Virus record (IMG/VR): IMGVR_UViG_3300033064_003457
Location: 11,066 to 75,065 of that record
Source: a virus
Reading direction: 5' to 3' (one strand)
Length of the DNA stretch: 64,000 nt
The position numbers and the translations under genes were made by a program. Position 1 is the stretch's first letter. Every line of letters begins with the position of its first letter. The notes beneath the pieces are model-generated. The model was not told the origin of the DNA and did no database searches. It saw nothing but the letters and a program-made list of their open reading frames with translations. Below are positions 48,012 to 58,489 of the stretch, piece by piece.

Positions 48012-49535
48012 CTACACACCCTTACCGAAGAGCTTATTGAGAGTCTCTTTTTTAGTCGTTGGCTCGCTAGTTGCAATGTCTTCGACCTCGTTGGTCTTAT
48101 CAACATGAACAGCTGCCGGAGAATCTACTAGCTCACTTAAGGGATTTGTAGCAATTAGTTGTTCTTGTTCTAATCGTAAATCATTAATTTGATCTTTGAG
48201 AGACTCTAAACTTCTCTGTGAAAATTCCTCTACCTTACTATCGCGGGCATCTGGGGTCTTAATACCCACAACATCTGGTTTTCTTAGTAATTTCTTAAGA
48301 TCATATAGTCTCTCAGAAACATTTTTTTGTAACTCTGACTTAGACGCTATACTTTCATCTAACAATCTTTTATTGTCTTCATTGTTTTTTGATAAGTCTC
48401 CCTCTAGTTCTTTAATCTTTGCGGTGAGGGCATCTTTTTCACCAGCACATTTGCTTAATTCGTCAGCTCCATCATTACATGATGCTCCTTCTTTGGCTTT
48501 AGTGAGTTCATCAACAACCTTATCATGCTCTTCCTTAGAAACGCTACTATCCTTATATGTATTAAATTCCTTCTGTAGCGTATCCAATTTAAGATCGCAC
48601 CCAGCCTCAGATCCACTGTCTTTTTTTGCAACTTCTTCATCTATTAGTTGCTTAACAACTTCAGACTCTAGTAGTTGGTCTTTGGTTAATTCTTCTAATT
48701 TCACTTCGTCCTCCTTATTGGATTGTGCTATCTTATTGGATTTGTCGAGAAGATGAAGAATAATATCGTCATCCTCGCCTGATTCATCATCCAATAAACT
48801 ATATAGATTCTTATTACCAGAATCAAAACCCACAAATATCTTTTCCTTAGGGTTGTCGGCATATAACGATATCTCTGCGTTACCGTCAGAACGAATACCA
48901 TCAACCATCAGTGCCTCTTTAACTCCAGCAAACTCATCGGCAGGGATATTGACAAAAGATACTTCTTTATAATTAAGATCACCAGTAGTAACGTAGGCTA
49001 ATTCCTTGTCATACTTTGTACCAAGAATATGTTCGCATGGTCCTTCCTTGCTCCAGTCTGAGTTACAGATAGAACAAAAAGCATGGTTAGTTGACATCCG
49101 AACCGATACAGTGTCATACCTACCATCTAATATTTTTCTTATTGCTTCTTTATCTGTTATTCTTACAGTGAGCCTAACAAAGCCATATCCGTCGCTTTCC
49201 TTTAGTATAGGTCTGTACTGACTATCTTGTACTGATCTTTCTGTGTTTATATATTTTGCTTTAATAACTCTACCTATAGGGTCTGAGTTTTCATCATGGT
49301 TAGTCAACACTGGCTTCTTATATGGAGCAGTCCAACTTCTGATGCCCTTCTGCATGGATTCTGGAGGATAAATTCTATTGTTTATCAAAGTTCCTGCGTG
49401 AGAAGCGTCTATCTCACATACCAAGCTATAGTCTTTCTTGACCTCATCAGAGTCAGACAACATAAGTTTTTTGTCCTTATCTTCTATGTTCAGCCCTATG
49501 GTAAATTTGTCGTATAACTCTAACTGTTTTCCCAT
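48012..49535 (-). CDS. Prohead protease with C-terminal scaffold coiled coil
   Basis: PVLTNHD...PIGRV, TVSV, CSIC..CEH, EVSFVNIPAD; start at ATG 49535 with AAGGAG SD. Confidence 0.85.
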   Translation of the reverse strand: MGKQLELYDKFTIGLNIEDKDKKLMLSDSDEVKKDYSLVCEIDASHAGTLINNRIYPPESMQKGIRSWTAPYKKPVLTNHDENSDPIGRVIKAKYINTERSVQDSQYRPILKESDGYGFVRLTVRITDKEAIRKILDGRYDTVSVRMSTNHAFCSICNSDWSKEGPCEHILGTKYDKELAYVTTGDLNYKEVSFVNIPADEFAGVKEALMVDGIRSDGNAEISLYADNPKEKIFVGFDSGNKNLYSLLDDESGEDDDIILHLLDKSNKIAQSNKEDEVKLEELTKDQLLESEVVKQLIDEEVAKKDSGSEAGCDLKLDTLQKEFNTYKDSSVSKEEHDKVVDELTKAKEGASCNDGADELSKCAGEKDALTAKIKELEGDLSKNNEDNKRLLDESIASKSELQKNVSERLYDLKKLLRKPDVVGIKTPDARDSKVEEFSQRSLESLKDQINDLRLEQEQLIATNPLSELVDSPAAVHVDKTNEVEDIATSEPTTKKETLNKLFGKGV

Positions 49536-49576
49536 ATGTTTCTCCTTAACATTACTGTCCAAGCTTTACTACGTAA

Positions 49577-50248
49577 TTATACACCGGTATAGTTTGCCGT
49601 AAGATTCATGGCTGCCGACGCAGCTCCCCCAGAATTATTCTGTAGCCATACATAATAATCTGTGTTATTTTTTAATTTCCATGTAGTCGTAGGAGCGTTA
49701 ATCCCTAAGGTTAAATCACCTATCACTGAATCCCATATCTTATATGATCCACTAGCAGTAACTGTAGGATTGTTAAGAAACTCAGCTGTCATAGAGTGCG
49801 TAGTTGTCCTGTCCATATTGTGTGACGATATTGCCACACCACTTGCTGATACTGTAGGATTCTCCCACAATTCTACCCACCATTCACCTCCACCGGTAAA
49901 TGATAATTGTGTAGTTATGTTGTCTCGCTTAGGACAGATTAAAAGAGATACGGCTTCAGCATCTGCGATGTCATGCCAAACCTTACTCACACTATACATC
50001 TCTCCTTTTTCTGTAAGGTGCCTGTCTAAATCTACCGTAGTTAACCCATCCTTGTGTATGTAAGCCCCAATGTCCACTGGAACACCACTAGGCCAGTTCT
50101 CAGTATTAATCTGTACTTGGCCATTGATAGCTATATCTCCAGAGGCCGGTAAAACCACCTTGAACATATCGAGGTCATTATGGTATCCTAAGTGTCTTGC
50201 TGTTAGATCGCTAATCCTCAATGAATCTATCAATGGATCATATCCCAT
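49577..50248 (-). CDS. Hypothetical head-associated beta-rich protein
   Basis: 223 aa between portal and protease; four [AP]SG motifs. Confidence 0.6.
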   Translation of the reverse strand: MGYDPLIDSLRISDLTARHLGYHNDLDMFKVVLPASGDIAINGQVQINTENWPSGVPVDIGAYIHKDGLTTVDLDRHLTEKGEMYSVSKVWHDIADAEAVSLLICPKRDNITTQLSFTGGGEWWVELWENPTVSASGVAISSHNMDRTTTHSMTAEFLNNPTVTASGSYKIWDSVIGDLTLGINAPTTTWKLKNNTDYYVWLQNNSGGAASAAMNLTANYTGV

Positions 50249-50260
50249 AATCTTCTCCTA

Positions 50261-50419
50261 TTATTTTTCTTTGGCTGGGCTTTTTTTCTTATTAGCCCCA
50301 CTTTTGCTATACCTTTTATTAAGGTCTAATTGTACTTGTTTAAAATATTCTGCATTTTGACCTTTGCTCGGATCGTAAGGACCGACACCAGCCGTTGAAC
50401 CACCTATGCTAGCTCCCAT
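50261..50419 (-). CDS. Small basic hypothetical protein (52 aa; not in ORF track)
   Basis: GGAGG SD then MGASIGGSTAGVGPYDPSKGQNAEYFKQVQLDLNKRYSKSGANKKKSPAKEK; fills the gap after the portal. Confidence 0.65.
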   Translation of the reverse strand: MGASIGGSTAGVGPYDPSKGQNAEYFKQVQLDLNKRYSKSGANKKKSPAKEK

Positions 50420-52247
50420 CTTGAACCTCCATATTAAACTCAGAGTCTATTAAATTAAAAATTCTATAACGTAACGACTCAAATATTCCTGCCACCCTAG
50501 ATGGCATATCGTCACGCATATGTCTCTTTTGTATATCTCTATCTATAGCTTCTGCTAAATCTCCTAGTATGCTTTTTAATTCTTTTTCTATATGTTTTAA
50601 CTTTTTAGAACCAGATAACTTCAATCTTATATCTTCGTAGGTAAGCATCGCTATTGGACGCAATTTTTCTAAATCGAAATTGCTGAAATCTTTGATATCA
50701 TTAAGCATATCTACTACATCTAACCTAGTAAGGTACCAAGAATGGTCCACTAAAGCTTTTAGTTGGTCTTTTTTGCTTTTTGTTTTTGCTTTTTTTGTAC
50801 CATGTTGATTTTGGGGTTGTTCTCTATTGATAGTTGCCTTTTTCTTTTTTTCTTCCTTGGACACCTTTTCGACCAATGCTCCCTTGGCTTCAGAGGTAAA
50901 TGGTTCGTCTACAGCTAGTATAATTGCTTTTGGCTTTGTAACTCTTTCAAAGTACATGTCGCTACGTTGTTTTTCGCTAACTGGATCAAGCCCGATTAGG
51001 TCCCTTAGCTCTGTTTCTGTTATAGCATCATGTTCGTACTTAAAGACAGAATGATTCTCAACTTGCAACATACTGTCTATATCTATTTCATTAAACTTTA
51101 GCTTTACGAAGTTATCTTCCTTTTCGTCCAACTGAAAACCACCTTCGAACAATAGCTCTTTAATCATGAACTCATTAACGAACGTCTCTGCAACATCTTG
51201 AAAATCTTTGCATCTATCTGTAAGCATTTTATCTATTACAGTAGCAGTAGATCTATTAGCAGAGTCGCCTCTTCCGAGAGCTACCTCTGAGATTCCTAAT
51301 CCTGCAAGTACACGAGATTCAAAATAATCTAAATACTTAGATGCATCTAGTGCCTTTCCTTGGGCACCAAGGCTTCTTATTTCATGCCTTTCTGGTGTAA
51401 CTATACTTCCTTCAGTAGGCATGTCTTCTATTTGGTCTTTTACTATGTCTATTTCTGTTGTGCCGTCATCGTACAGTTCTGCAGGATTATCCTCAGTCCC
51501 TACTATATATTGGTGTAGGGGGAATAGATGCTGACTAATTAGCATCTCTATGTTCTCTTCCATTCTTCTCAACGATCTTATGTCGTCTAGCACTGGTATA
51601 ATATATGGAGTACCAAATGCAAAGCCCTCTTTTCTGTCATAATAGACATGAACCACGTCTTCTGCTCTAAATTCCGGGGTCTTAGGATTTCCAGTTACCT
51701 TCTGCTGATATTTTAAAATCTTACCATACTCTGTTCGCTTAATTAACATTGACGTAGGATCCATAGGAAAGTATGCCGCGATTGGATTTAGTGCTGATCT
51801 ATAATTGCCACCTATTGGTGTTCCAGATGAGAATCTCTTGTCCCTTACCTTTACCATAAAAGCGTTAGAGTATGAAACTAAATTCTGCAATACACTTCTA
51901 AGCAACATATCAAACGTCATGCCAGAAACATTAGCCATTTCTCGTAATCTACGTCTGATGTAGTTCGTGGCCTCTTCATCCCTAGAACTTATTTTATAGC
52001 CTTCCTTCAAACATAGCTCTATGTGCTTGCCAAATGCTTGTCTGACATATGACTCTATGTCAATTATTTTTGATATCTCACCTAGGTTATACTCAGCTCT
52101 TTCAAACTGGGCTCTAGATTGGGTAGAACCAGTAGCCGAACCGTAAACAACGCCCCTAGAACTTATCCTGGGAACTATTATCGACTTTCTAGTGTTTTTA
52201 TTTGTAGTTTTGTTTACTATTGACTGGCTAATAGAGAATAGATTCAT
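50409..52247 (-). CDS. Portal protein
   Basis: YSNAF, PMDP, EDVVH...AFGTPYI, LAGLGIS..LG.G.SANRSTA; start at ATG 52247. Confidence 0.88.
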   Translation of the reverse strand: MNLFSISQSIVNKTTNKNTRKSIIVPRISSRGVVYGSATGSTQSRAQFERAEYNLGEISKIIDIESYVRQAFGKHIELCLKEGYKISSRDEEATNYIRRRLREMANVSGMTFDMLLRSVLQNLVSYSNAFMVKVRDKRFSSGTPIGGNYRSALNPIAAYFPMDPTSMLIKRTEYGKILKYQQKVTGNPKTPEFRAEDVVHVYYDRKEGFAFGTPYIIPVLDDIRSLRRMEENIEMLISQHLFPLHQYIVGTEDNPAELYDDGTTEIDIVKDQIEDMPTEGSIVTPERHEIRSLGAQGKALDASKYLDYFESRVLAGLGISEVALGRGDSANRSTATVIDKMLTDRCKDFQDVAETFVNEFMIKELLFEGGFQLDEKEDNFVKLKFNEIDIDSMLQVENHSVFKYEHDAITETELRDLIGLDPVSEKQRSDMYFERVTKPKAIILAVDEPFTSEAKGALVEKVSKEEKKKKATINREQPQNQHGTKKAKTKSKKDQLKALVDHSWYLTRLDVVDMLNDIKDFSNFDLEKLRPIAMLTYEDIRLKLSGSKKLKHIEKELKSILGDLAEAIDRDIQKRHMRDDMPSRVAGIFESLRYRIFNLIDSEFNMEVQDGS

Positions 52248-52249
52248 TG

Positions 52250-53929
52250 TTATTTCCCCTGGTTTTTGGCGTTTATCCATTCCTTAATCAATACTCTGTC
52301 ATCGCTTACTAGTCTCCGTAGACAGGTATCCATCTTTTCGCTTCTTGATGTCCCAACAGACGTGGTGAGTATGCCAGATTCAGATTTCACAGATGTTCCC
52401 TGCTGTGTATCTTCATCTCCACTATCGGTGGTATCCTGTATGAAGCTATTAAAGGAGTTAGGATTTTCTTCCTCAGTGTATTTGTATTGCTCGCTTGGGC
52501 CTAAATCGTAAGCATCCATCAATCTCTTTATTTCCTCACCGGTAGGCGAAGAACCTGTTCCGCATATAGCAGATCTATTAAGCGCTGACGATACTAGATC
52601 TAAAAGGTTTATAAATGTTCCAAGTCCTTTTTGCTCTTTTATGATAGTTAATTTAAGTCCATTTCCTATGTTCTTTAGTTCGTTCTGTTTATACCATTTT
52701 TTTATCAATTTAGCCAGCAGTCTTTCTACATAGTCAATGGTATTAACCACATAATTATTTACAAATTCATCAACTGGTGTACAAACAAATATTTTCTGCC
52801 ACCTAGGATCTGGATTGTTCACCCATTTTTTAACTGGATCTATAAGACTTTGAAATACTTGAGTAACCAATGAAACTAACTGATGTGTTATTATGTTTCT
52901 AAATATATTATTAGTTATGTTTTTTATTGATATGTTAGCATCATTAAAATCTAAAACTAACCCATTCTGCAACAATACCAATAGAGATCTGAGCCCCTTT
53001 AGCGTCTTCGTGTTAAAGCCACCGGCCCAAGAAACAAAACAACATATTAAATCAACACCATAATTCATGTTGAATATCTCATTTATTTCATTCAGGAAGT
53101 CATTAGTATAGGATATGTATCTTTTAGTTATTCCAGTGGTCTGTTCGTCTGGAGTTAAATTGGTTAGCTTTTTAATTCCACCGACAAGCTTCTCTTTATT
53201 GCTACCATAATATTCTGAGAAGTGCTTCCATGCGTCAGAAACGTTGGAGATTTCTCCTATTTCGTAGTACACATCCCTTTTTACTTTCCATTGTATAAAT
53301 TTAGGACTAGTATTTCTATCTAAGCTATCATCTGCATAATCCAATATCTCTCTTATCTTTCTTAAATGTTCGTTCCATGAAAAAATATTGTTTAGATATT
53401 TGTTGACATATCTTTCCAGGGAGTTGTCTTCCGGTAGCACACCGGGTCTCAAACCAGGGTAACCAGCCGCACCGGATGACATCCTATCTTGCACAAGCAT
53501 GGAGTCGGATGATATGTCTCCAGTAGAATAGTTTATTATATCGTCAAGGTTTAGTTCGTCCTCTGCTGCCTTTTTCTGTTCAAGCAATTTGACATACAAC
53601 TCATAGGTTATATACTCTCCATTGCTGGAACTGTCCATATCAGACACAGCTTGGGATACAACCGGCTGTTTATCTTTATCGATCAACAACCGAAGACCTG
53701 CGCTGTCGATGTCAATCCTTTTGTCAAGCTTTCGTGCCTTTTTTTTGATATCATCTAGGATTAACAGCACTTCTTCTGGAGTGACGTCTCCATCTAGAAA
53801 TTCAGACACTACACCGGCCTGGAGTTCAGGCTGTGCATCATCGTCAGATATAGAATAAAGACGCTTTTTATACCAATCTAGTCTAGCTTTATATGAGATT
53901 TTTGTTATATCGTTTTTACTAAGTGCCAT
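52250..53929 (-). CDS. Hypothetical protein between terminase and portal
   Basis: 559-aa helical ORF. Confidence 0.7.
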   Translation of the reverse strand: MALSKNDITKISYKARLDWYKKRLYSISDDDAQPELQAGVVSEFLDGDVTPEEVLLILDDIKKKARKLDKRIDIDSAGLRLLIDKDKQPVVSQAVSDMDSSSNGEYITYELYVKLLEQKKAAEDELNLDDIINYSTGDISSDSMLVQDRMSSGAAGYPGLRPGVLPEDNSLERYVNKYLNNIFSWNEHLRKIREILDYADDSLDRNTSPKFIQWKVKRDVYYEIGEISNVSDAWKHFSEYYGSNKEKLVGGIKKLTNLTPDEQTTGITKRYISYTNDFLNEINEIFNMNYGVDLICCFVSWAGGFNTKTLKGLRSLLVLLQNGLVLDFNDANISIKNITNNIFRNIITHQLVSLVTQVFQSLIDPVKKWVNNPDPRWQKIFVCTPVDEFVNNYVVNTIDYVERLLAKLIKKWYKQNELKNIGNGLKLTIIKEQKGLGTFINLLDLVSSALNRSAICGTGSSPTGEEIKRLMDAYDLGPSEQYKYTEEENPNSFNSFIQDTTDSGDEDTQQGTSVKSESGILTTSVGTSRSEKMDTCLRRLVSDDRVLIKEWINAKNQGK

Positions 53930-54030
53930 AATGTTTTGGAATGACGCGAAGCCAATAATAAACGGGGGGTAAGGTTAATTACCGACGTACTCCACTGAGG
54001 AGACGAGACCGGGCATCTCTTCGCGCCATA

Positions 54031-55866
54031 CTAATAATTTGACCTGCCCCTGTTAATAATTTTTTTAAATCTTTTTACTTTGCTACCGCTTCTTTTCTCC
54101 ATGGATCTTGACCTAGACTTGCTATGATCAAGTGTATTTTTTAATGTTGTATCTCTAAATAATGGTGGATTTGTCCAACGAGGAGTAACTGCAAGTACTT
54201 TTTTCTTCTCCTCATAGATAAGTTTTTTGTTGACTTTAAAATCTTTGTCTTGCTTTTCACCAAAGCTACCAGCTAAACCAATACTAACAACCCTGTTCTG
54301 CTTAACCATGTCGCTAAATTCCATGGTAGCACCAAGAATTGAAAGCATCCACGCTACCAACGTATGGTCGTTATTATCGCTGTACATCGGTTGGCCAAGT
54401 GCAGTTTGACGTACCACACTATAATCTCTCATCTGAGATACTAGACCAGCCTTGTATACATCTTCAGACTGGGGTAGAATAACCTGGCCATCCTCAAGTC
54501 TGCGTGCAGCAAGATTAACCATGAATGGCTTCATGTGCTTCTTGATTTTTTGTTTTGTTATGGGATCTCTTATTTCCATTCTATCGCCGAAATATATTCC
54601 CTTAACCTTATTTGTAAGACCAGTTTTTGGATTTTCCATTCCATACTTGCGTAGCATTTCTATTTGCGTGGCCCCATACCCTCTGTCCACATATATCACA
54701 GCTGGATTCCATATCTTGTTAAGCTCTATTACCTTCTCACAAGCTTTCACCTGCGTAAACTCTTCTTGGGTAATGGCATGTTTGCGCACAACTCGAAAAG
54801 CTCCAGCACCATCATTAAATGTCTTGTTCCATTCTGTAATAACAATTACTGTTCCATTGCTGGCAGTATTCCAATCAACCCCAAACGTGTATAACGATCT
54901 TGGATTGCGACGCAGTCTATCCATCTCATATCTATCTACTGCGGCGTCTATGTACTTATTTAAGAATACACCCTCTGCTTCATCGCCGAATTTAGCATCA
55001 AATTCATGGGCATAACCTTGCTCACTATACTGTGCTCTTTCTAACCTTTCTGTCTGTGCTGTCCACGATGGTGATACACTAGAAGGAAAATGAAACTCCT
55101 TATAACCAAGATCTGCATCTGTGCAGAATCTCCAGAACATATCCCTCTTACCGGTTGGGGTGGATGACGCCCATATCATTACATCAGGACGAGAAGCCTG
55201 TATAGCTAATATTACCTCAAAATCGCTCTCACTAAGATAGTCGGCCTCATCTATCAATATCATGTGTGCATCCTGACCACGAATACCAGTAGACTTACTA
55301 CCAGTTCTTGTGCCAGATGTAAAACCTAATATCTTAGACCCATTGTAAAACTCAACCCGATAAGGGTTTTTAGTGTTTCTTTTGATCGAGGATCTTAAAG
55401 CTTCGCTTTTAGCCAAAAGCATATCCAGCTTATCAAATATTAACCCAACTTGGTTCTTGTAAGGAGCGATGACAAGAACTATAATCTGCTCGTTGGTATA
55501 AGCATGGTGAAGCATCTTGATGGCCATGGCCTCGGACTTTCCAGCTCTCCTGCCTATCCTGCTTACCTTGCGCCTTGCTGTGCAATTAAGCATCTGGTCT
55601 TGGTACCACCTGGCGTTCCATTCCAACTCTACAGTAGACCATCTAACAGGGTTGAATAGATAGTTGGCTAGGCTTAGTTCGTCGGTCGTGAACATTCCCT
55701 TGCCTTCATCGCTCAGGTCCAGATCTTCCTTAATAAGAGAACATATATATAAATCTTCCACACCGGTTGGGTCTCTAGACCAAACACTACCGTCCTTAAG
55801 ATACCAGTGTTTCTTATGGGCTCTTATACAGTCTTGACAAACTTTGTGTATTCCCTTTTTTTTCAT
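54031..55866 (-). CDS. terL: Terminase large subunit
   Basis: Walker A GRRAGKS, Walker B ILIDEAD, SSTPTG coupling motif, nuclease GVDW and NDH. Confidence 0.95.
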   Translation of the reverse strand: MKKKGIHKVCQDCIRAHKKHWYLKDGSVWSRDPTGVEDLYICSLIKEDLDLSDEGKGMFTTDELSLANYLFNPVRWSTVELEWNARWYQDQMLNCTARRKVSRIGRRAGKSEAMAIKMLHHAYTNEQIIVLVIAPYKNQVGLIFDKLDMLLAKSEALRSSIKRNTKNPYRVEFYNGSKILGFTSGTRTGSKSTGIRGQDAHMILIDEADYLSESDFEVILAIQASRPDVMIWASSTPTGKRDMFWRFCTDADLGYKEFHFPSSVSPSWTAQTERLERAQYSEQGYAHEFDAKFGDEAEGVFLNKYIDAAVDRYEMDRLRRNPRSLYTFGVDWNTASNGTVIVITEWNKTFNDGAGAFRVVRKHAITQEEFTQVKACEKVIELNKIWNPAVIYVDRGYGATQIEMLRKYGMENPKTGLTNKVKGIYFGDRMEIRDPITKQKIKKHMKPFMVNLAARRLEDGQVILPQSEDVYKAGLVSQMRDYSVVRQTALGQPMYSDNNDHTLVAWMLSILGATMEFSDMVKQNRVVSIGLAGSFGEKQDKDFKVNKKLIYEEKKKVLAVTPRWTNPPLFRDTTLKNTLDHSKSRSRSMEKRSGSKVKRFKKIINRGRSNY

Positions 55867-55947
55867 AAATATTGGATTGGGTGAGGTAGCCAGTCGATCC
55901 TTATTTTACAATTTTTGTTATTTGATCCGGCAATTCGCCTTACCCAA

Positions 55948-57345
55948 CTAAGTTTCGGACTCTATGTCATCTAGTTTTCTGCTTTTTTCTAGTTCTTGGA
56001 AAGCTTCACTAATATGACTTTTCTTAACAATAGCACTACCATTACTATCAACTGAATCGCCTGCTATTGCTAACATTATTGTAGCTGTAACTAATTCTTT
56101 TATATATGCCCCAGTATATCCATCTATGGATTCTACTATTTTATCTATATCGATATCAGTTATATCTATACCAGAGAAAAATTTATGTAGCATCTCTTTT
56201 CTTATATCTGCATTTGGTAATTCAAATCTAACCCTCACATCGAACCTTCCCGGCCTATTTCTTAGCGCTTTGTCAAGAGCCTTAGGATAGTTAGAGGAAG
56301 CTAATGTTATGATACCCTCATTACTCTCTACCCCATCCATTTGATTAAGCAACTCTCCAGTAACCTTATCAAATGAACCGTCATAGGTTGCTCTAGTCTT
56401 ACCTATGTAATCTATATCTTCAAACAATATAAGCGTTGGTACTAATTCCCTAGCCATGTCATACACATAGGAGACATCTTCTGGGTACTTTATGTCATCT
56501 GCTGTTACCCATATGAATGTACTATCAATGCAATTGCATAAAGCTTTCGCTATTAATGTTTTCCCAGTACCAGGCTCACCTTCCATGAGTATCCCCCGTT
56601 TGATAGGAAGATTGTTCTGTTTATACTTATCTACGTTATTGAACATATCTACAGTACCACTTACTATTCTACTCTTTGTTTCCTTGTCTATGATAACATC
56701 TTCTAGCTTAGTATCATCAGTCTTGATAAACCTACCATTTGAGTCTATCTTCTTTCCTTTTAGGAAGTTATTTGTTTTTGCCCAAGCCAGGATATCCTTC
56801 ATTATCGTTGAGGAAATGTCAGATGTGTCTTCGTTCGAATACATCGCGATGTATCCAGACTGGAATCCATTGACAAAATCAATGCCATATATTAAACTTT
56901 TTCCTGTTTTCTTATGCTTTAGAAAATAATAACCATCTATTAACGCTGGCCTTGTCTTGCCAAGATCTATACATATTTCTTCCAAGCTGGCTGGCCTTAA
57001 CCCATCGTCGTAATTAAAACACATTTTTTGTATAATTTCGAATTCATTATTCAATATTTCTTCTGCGGCTATTGCAATGATTCCTTTTTTATACTTAGGA
57101 AATGTTTTTGTATTAATAACCTGGCTTAATACATTGCATGATAAAAACTCATTAAACAAAGACAGTCTTGGACTTCTTGCTTCAGCTTGTTTTATTATAG
57201 AATTTAACTTTTCGCTTTCTGACAAGTCATTGTCATTAAGCCTGTCAATATCTCTGAGCAAACTACTGTCGGCATAAACATTGTCAGAAAACAATCTCCT
57301 CTTAAGCTCGCCTATCGATTCTACTCTATGGTTATGTGCTGGCAT
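55948..57345 (-). CDS. Classic-clade AAA+ ATPase (FtsH/Cdc48-like module, no protease domain)
   Basis: GEPGTGKT, ILFEDID, LLNQMDG, SRH SSNYP..LDKAL..RPGRFD. Confidence 0.92.
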   Translation of the reverse strand: MPAHNHRVESIGELKRRLFSDNVYADSSLLRDIDRLNDNDLSESEKLNSIIKQAEARSPRLSLFNEFLSCNVLSQVINTKTFPKYKKGIIAIAAEEILNNEFEIIQKMCFNYDDGLRPASLEEICIDLGKTRPALIDGYYFLKHKKTGKSLIYGIDFVNGFQSGYIAMYSNEDTSDISSTIMKDILAWAKTNNFLKGKKIDSNGRFIKTDDTKLEDVIIDKETKSRIVSGTVDMFNNVDKYKQNNLPIKRGILMEGEPGTGKTLIAKALCNCIDSTFIWVTADDIKYPEDVSYVYDMARELVPTLILFEDIDYIGKTRATYDGSFDKVTGELLNQMDGVESNEGIITLASSNYPKALDKALRNRPGRFDVRVRFELPNADIRKEMLHKFFSGIDITDIDIDKIVESIDGYTGAYIKELVTATIMLAIAGDSVDSNGSAIVKKSHISEAFQELEKSRKLDDIESET

Positions 57346-57376
57346 ATTAATGTTTTCCTTATATTCTTTTTATGTG

Positions 57377-57583
57377 CTATTTCTTCTTTTTATTCTTTGA
57401 TATCTTTCTCATATTCTTGGCCATATTATATGCCTTTGATCCGGAAGGGCACGACTTAGAACCAAATTTACTTCCAGTACATTTACCAGAAGTACCTCTT
57501 TTCTTTACAGATCTAAATGCTTTCTGTATCCATTTTTCCTTACGTGCATCTAGAGCTTTCTGCAGTGTTTCAAAAGTCTCCAT
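57377..57583 (-). CDS. Small highly basic phage protein
   Basis: 68 aa, KWIQKA...GKCTG..FG...CP.GS..Y. Confidence 0.65.
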   Translation of the reverse strand: METFETLQKALDARKEKWIQKAFRSVKKRGTSGKCTGSKFGSKSCPSGSKAYNMAKNMRKISKNKKKK

Positions 57584-57858
57584 TTTGACATTCTCCCAAA
57601 TATATTTTTAACTATTACTTTGATGTAGTTTAATTCTTTTCTAAAAGTTTTTATATGGCAAGAACGACATAGTGTGGCTCCGTTGCTTACCGCATAGGTT
57701 AACTTGGGAAATAAGTACCTTGGTAAAATATGGTGAGGATCTAATATACACTTTTGTTTTCCACACAATACACAAGTGTAATTATCTCTCTTGTATACCT
57801 TAGATCTCCATATCTTCCATGACTTAGGTCTTCTAAACCTTTTATGTCTTTTTCTCAT
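57550..57858 (-). CDS. Free-standing HNH endonuclease
   Basis: RDNYTCVLCG...PHHI...NGATLCRSCH. Confidence 0.88.
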   Translation of the reverse strand: MRKRHKRFRRPKSWKIWRSKVYKRDNYTCVLCGKQKCILDPHHILPRYLFPKLTYAVSNGATLCRSCHIKTFRKELNYIKVIVKNIFGRMSKWRLLKHCRKL

Positions 57859-57869
57859 GCATTAATGTC

Positions 57870-58487
57870 TTACCTGTGGAGCATGGTTGCTTCGTTACCT
57901 ATAGAGCTTCTTGCGTGCAATCTACTATCGTTAATGGCTTGTACTGCTCTTTGTCTTGATGTAACTCCCCTCTGTGTTTCTGGAAAATATCCACCCATAT
58001 CTAAGTTCTTGGCTTTTGATGCAGCGCTTGATACAGAACCCCACGCAGATGCTGCTGCTCCTCCAACCATTGAGGCTAGAAAATGTACAGTTATACCCCT
58101 CAATGCTAATCCGGCAGCTCGTGCTATTGTCACCTTGCCCAATTGTCTTGCTAAGTATGGAGAGCCCCTATCTAACGCTTTATGGAATAATTTCCAGGAC
58201 TTCTTTAGCCCTAACTTTGAGTAAGCCGCCCCTTCAGCTGCACTAGCCACTGTTCCTCTCTTGTATAACATTTCTGAGGCTCTAGTGGCATAATACTTAC
58301 CAGTGCTCCACCTAGGAAACATTCCAGCTGCTTCAGCTGCCCTAGCACTAGCCCATCTTGTTCCAGGAACATAAAAACCCTGTGCCGATCCGTGAGAAAG
58401 CATACTCAGTGTAGACCATGAGTACATTGTCTTTGTCAAGTCCCATGCCATATCAGATGCAGAGAAATTTTCGTTTGCTACAGGCAC
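57870..58487 (-). CDS. Ala/Gly-rich basic protein, possible ejected virion protein
   Basis: 205 aa with hydrophobic stretch; role inferred from composition only. Confidence 0.5.
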   Translation of the reverse strand: MPVANENFSASDMAWDLTKTMYSWSTLSMLSHGSAQGFYVPGTRWASARAAEAAGMFPRWSTGKYYATRASEMLYKRGTVASAAEGAAYSKLGLKKSWKLFHKALDRGSPYLARQLGKVTIARAAGLALRGITVHFLASMVGGAAASAWGSVSSAASKAKNLDMGGYFPETQRGVTSRQRAVQAINDSRLHARSSIGNEATMLHR

Positions 58488-58489
58488 AA

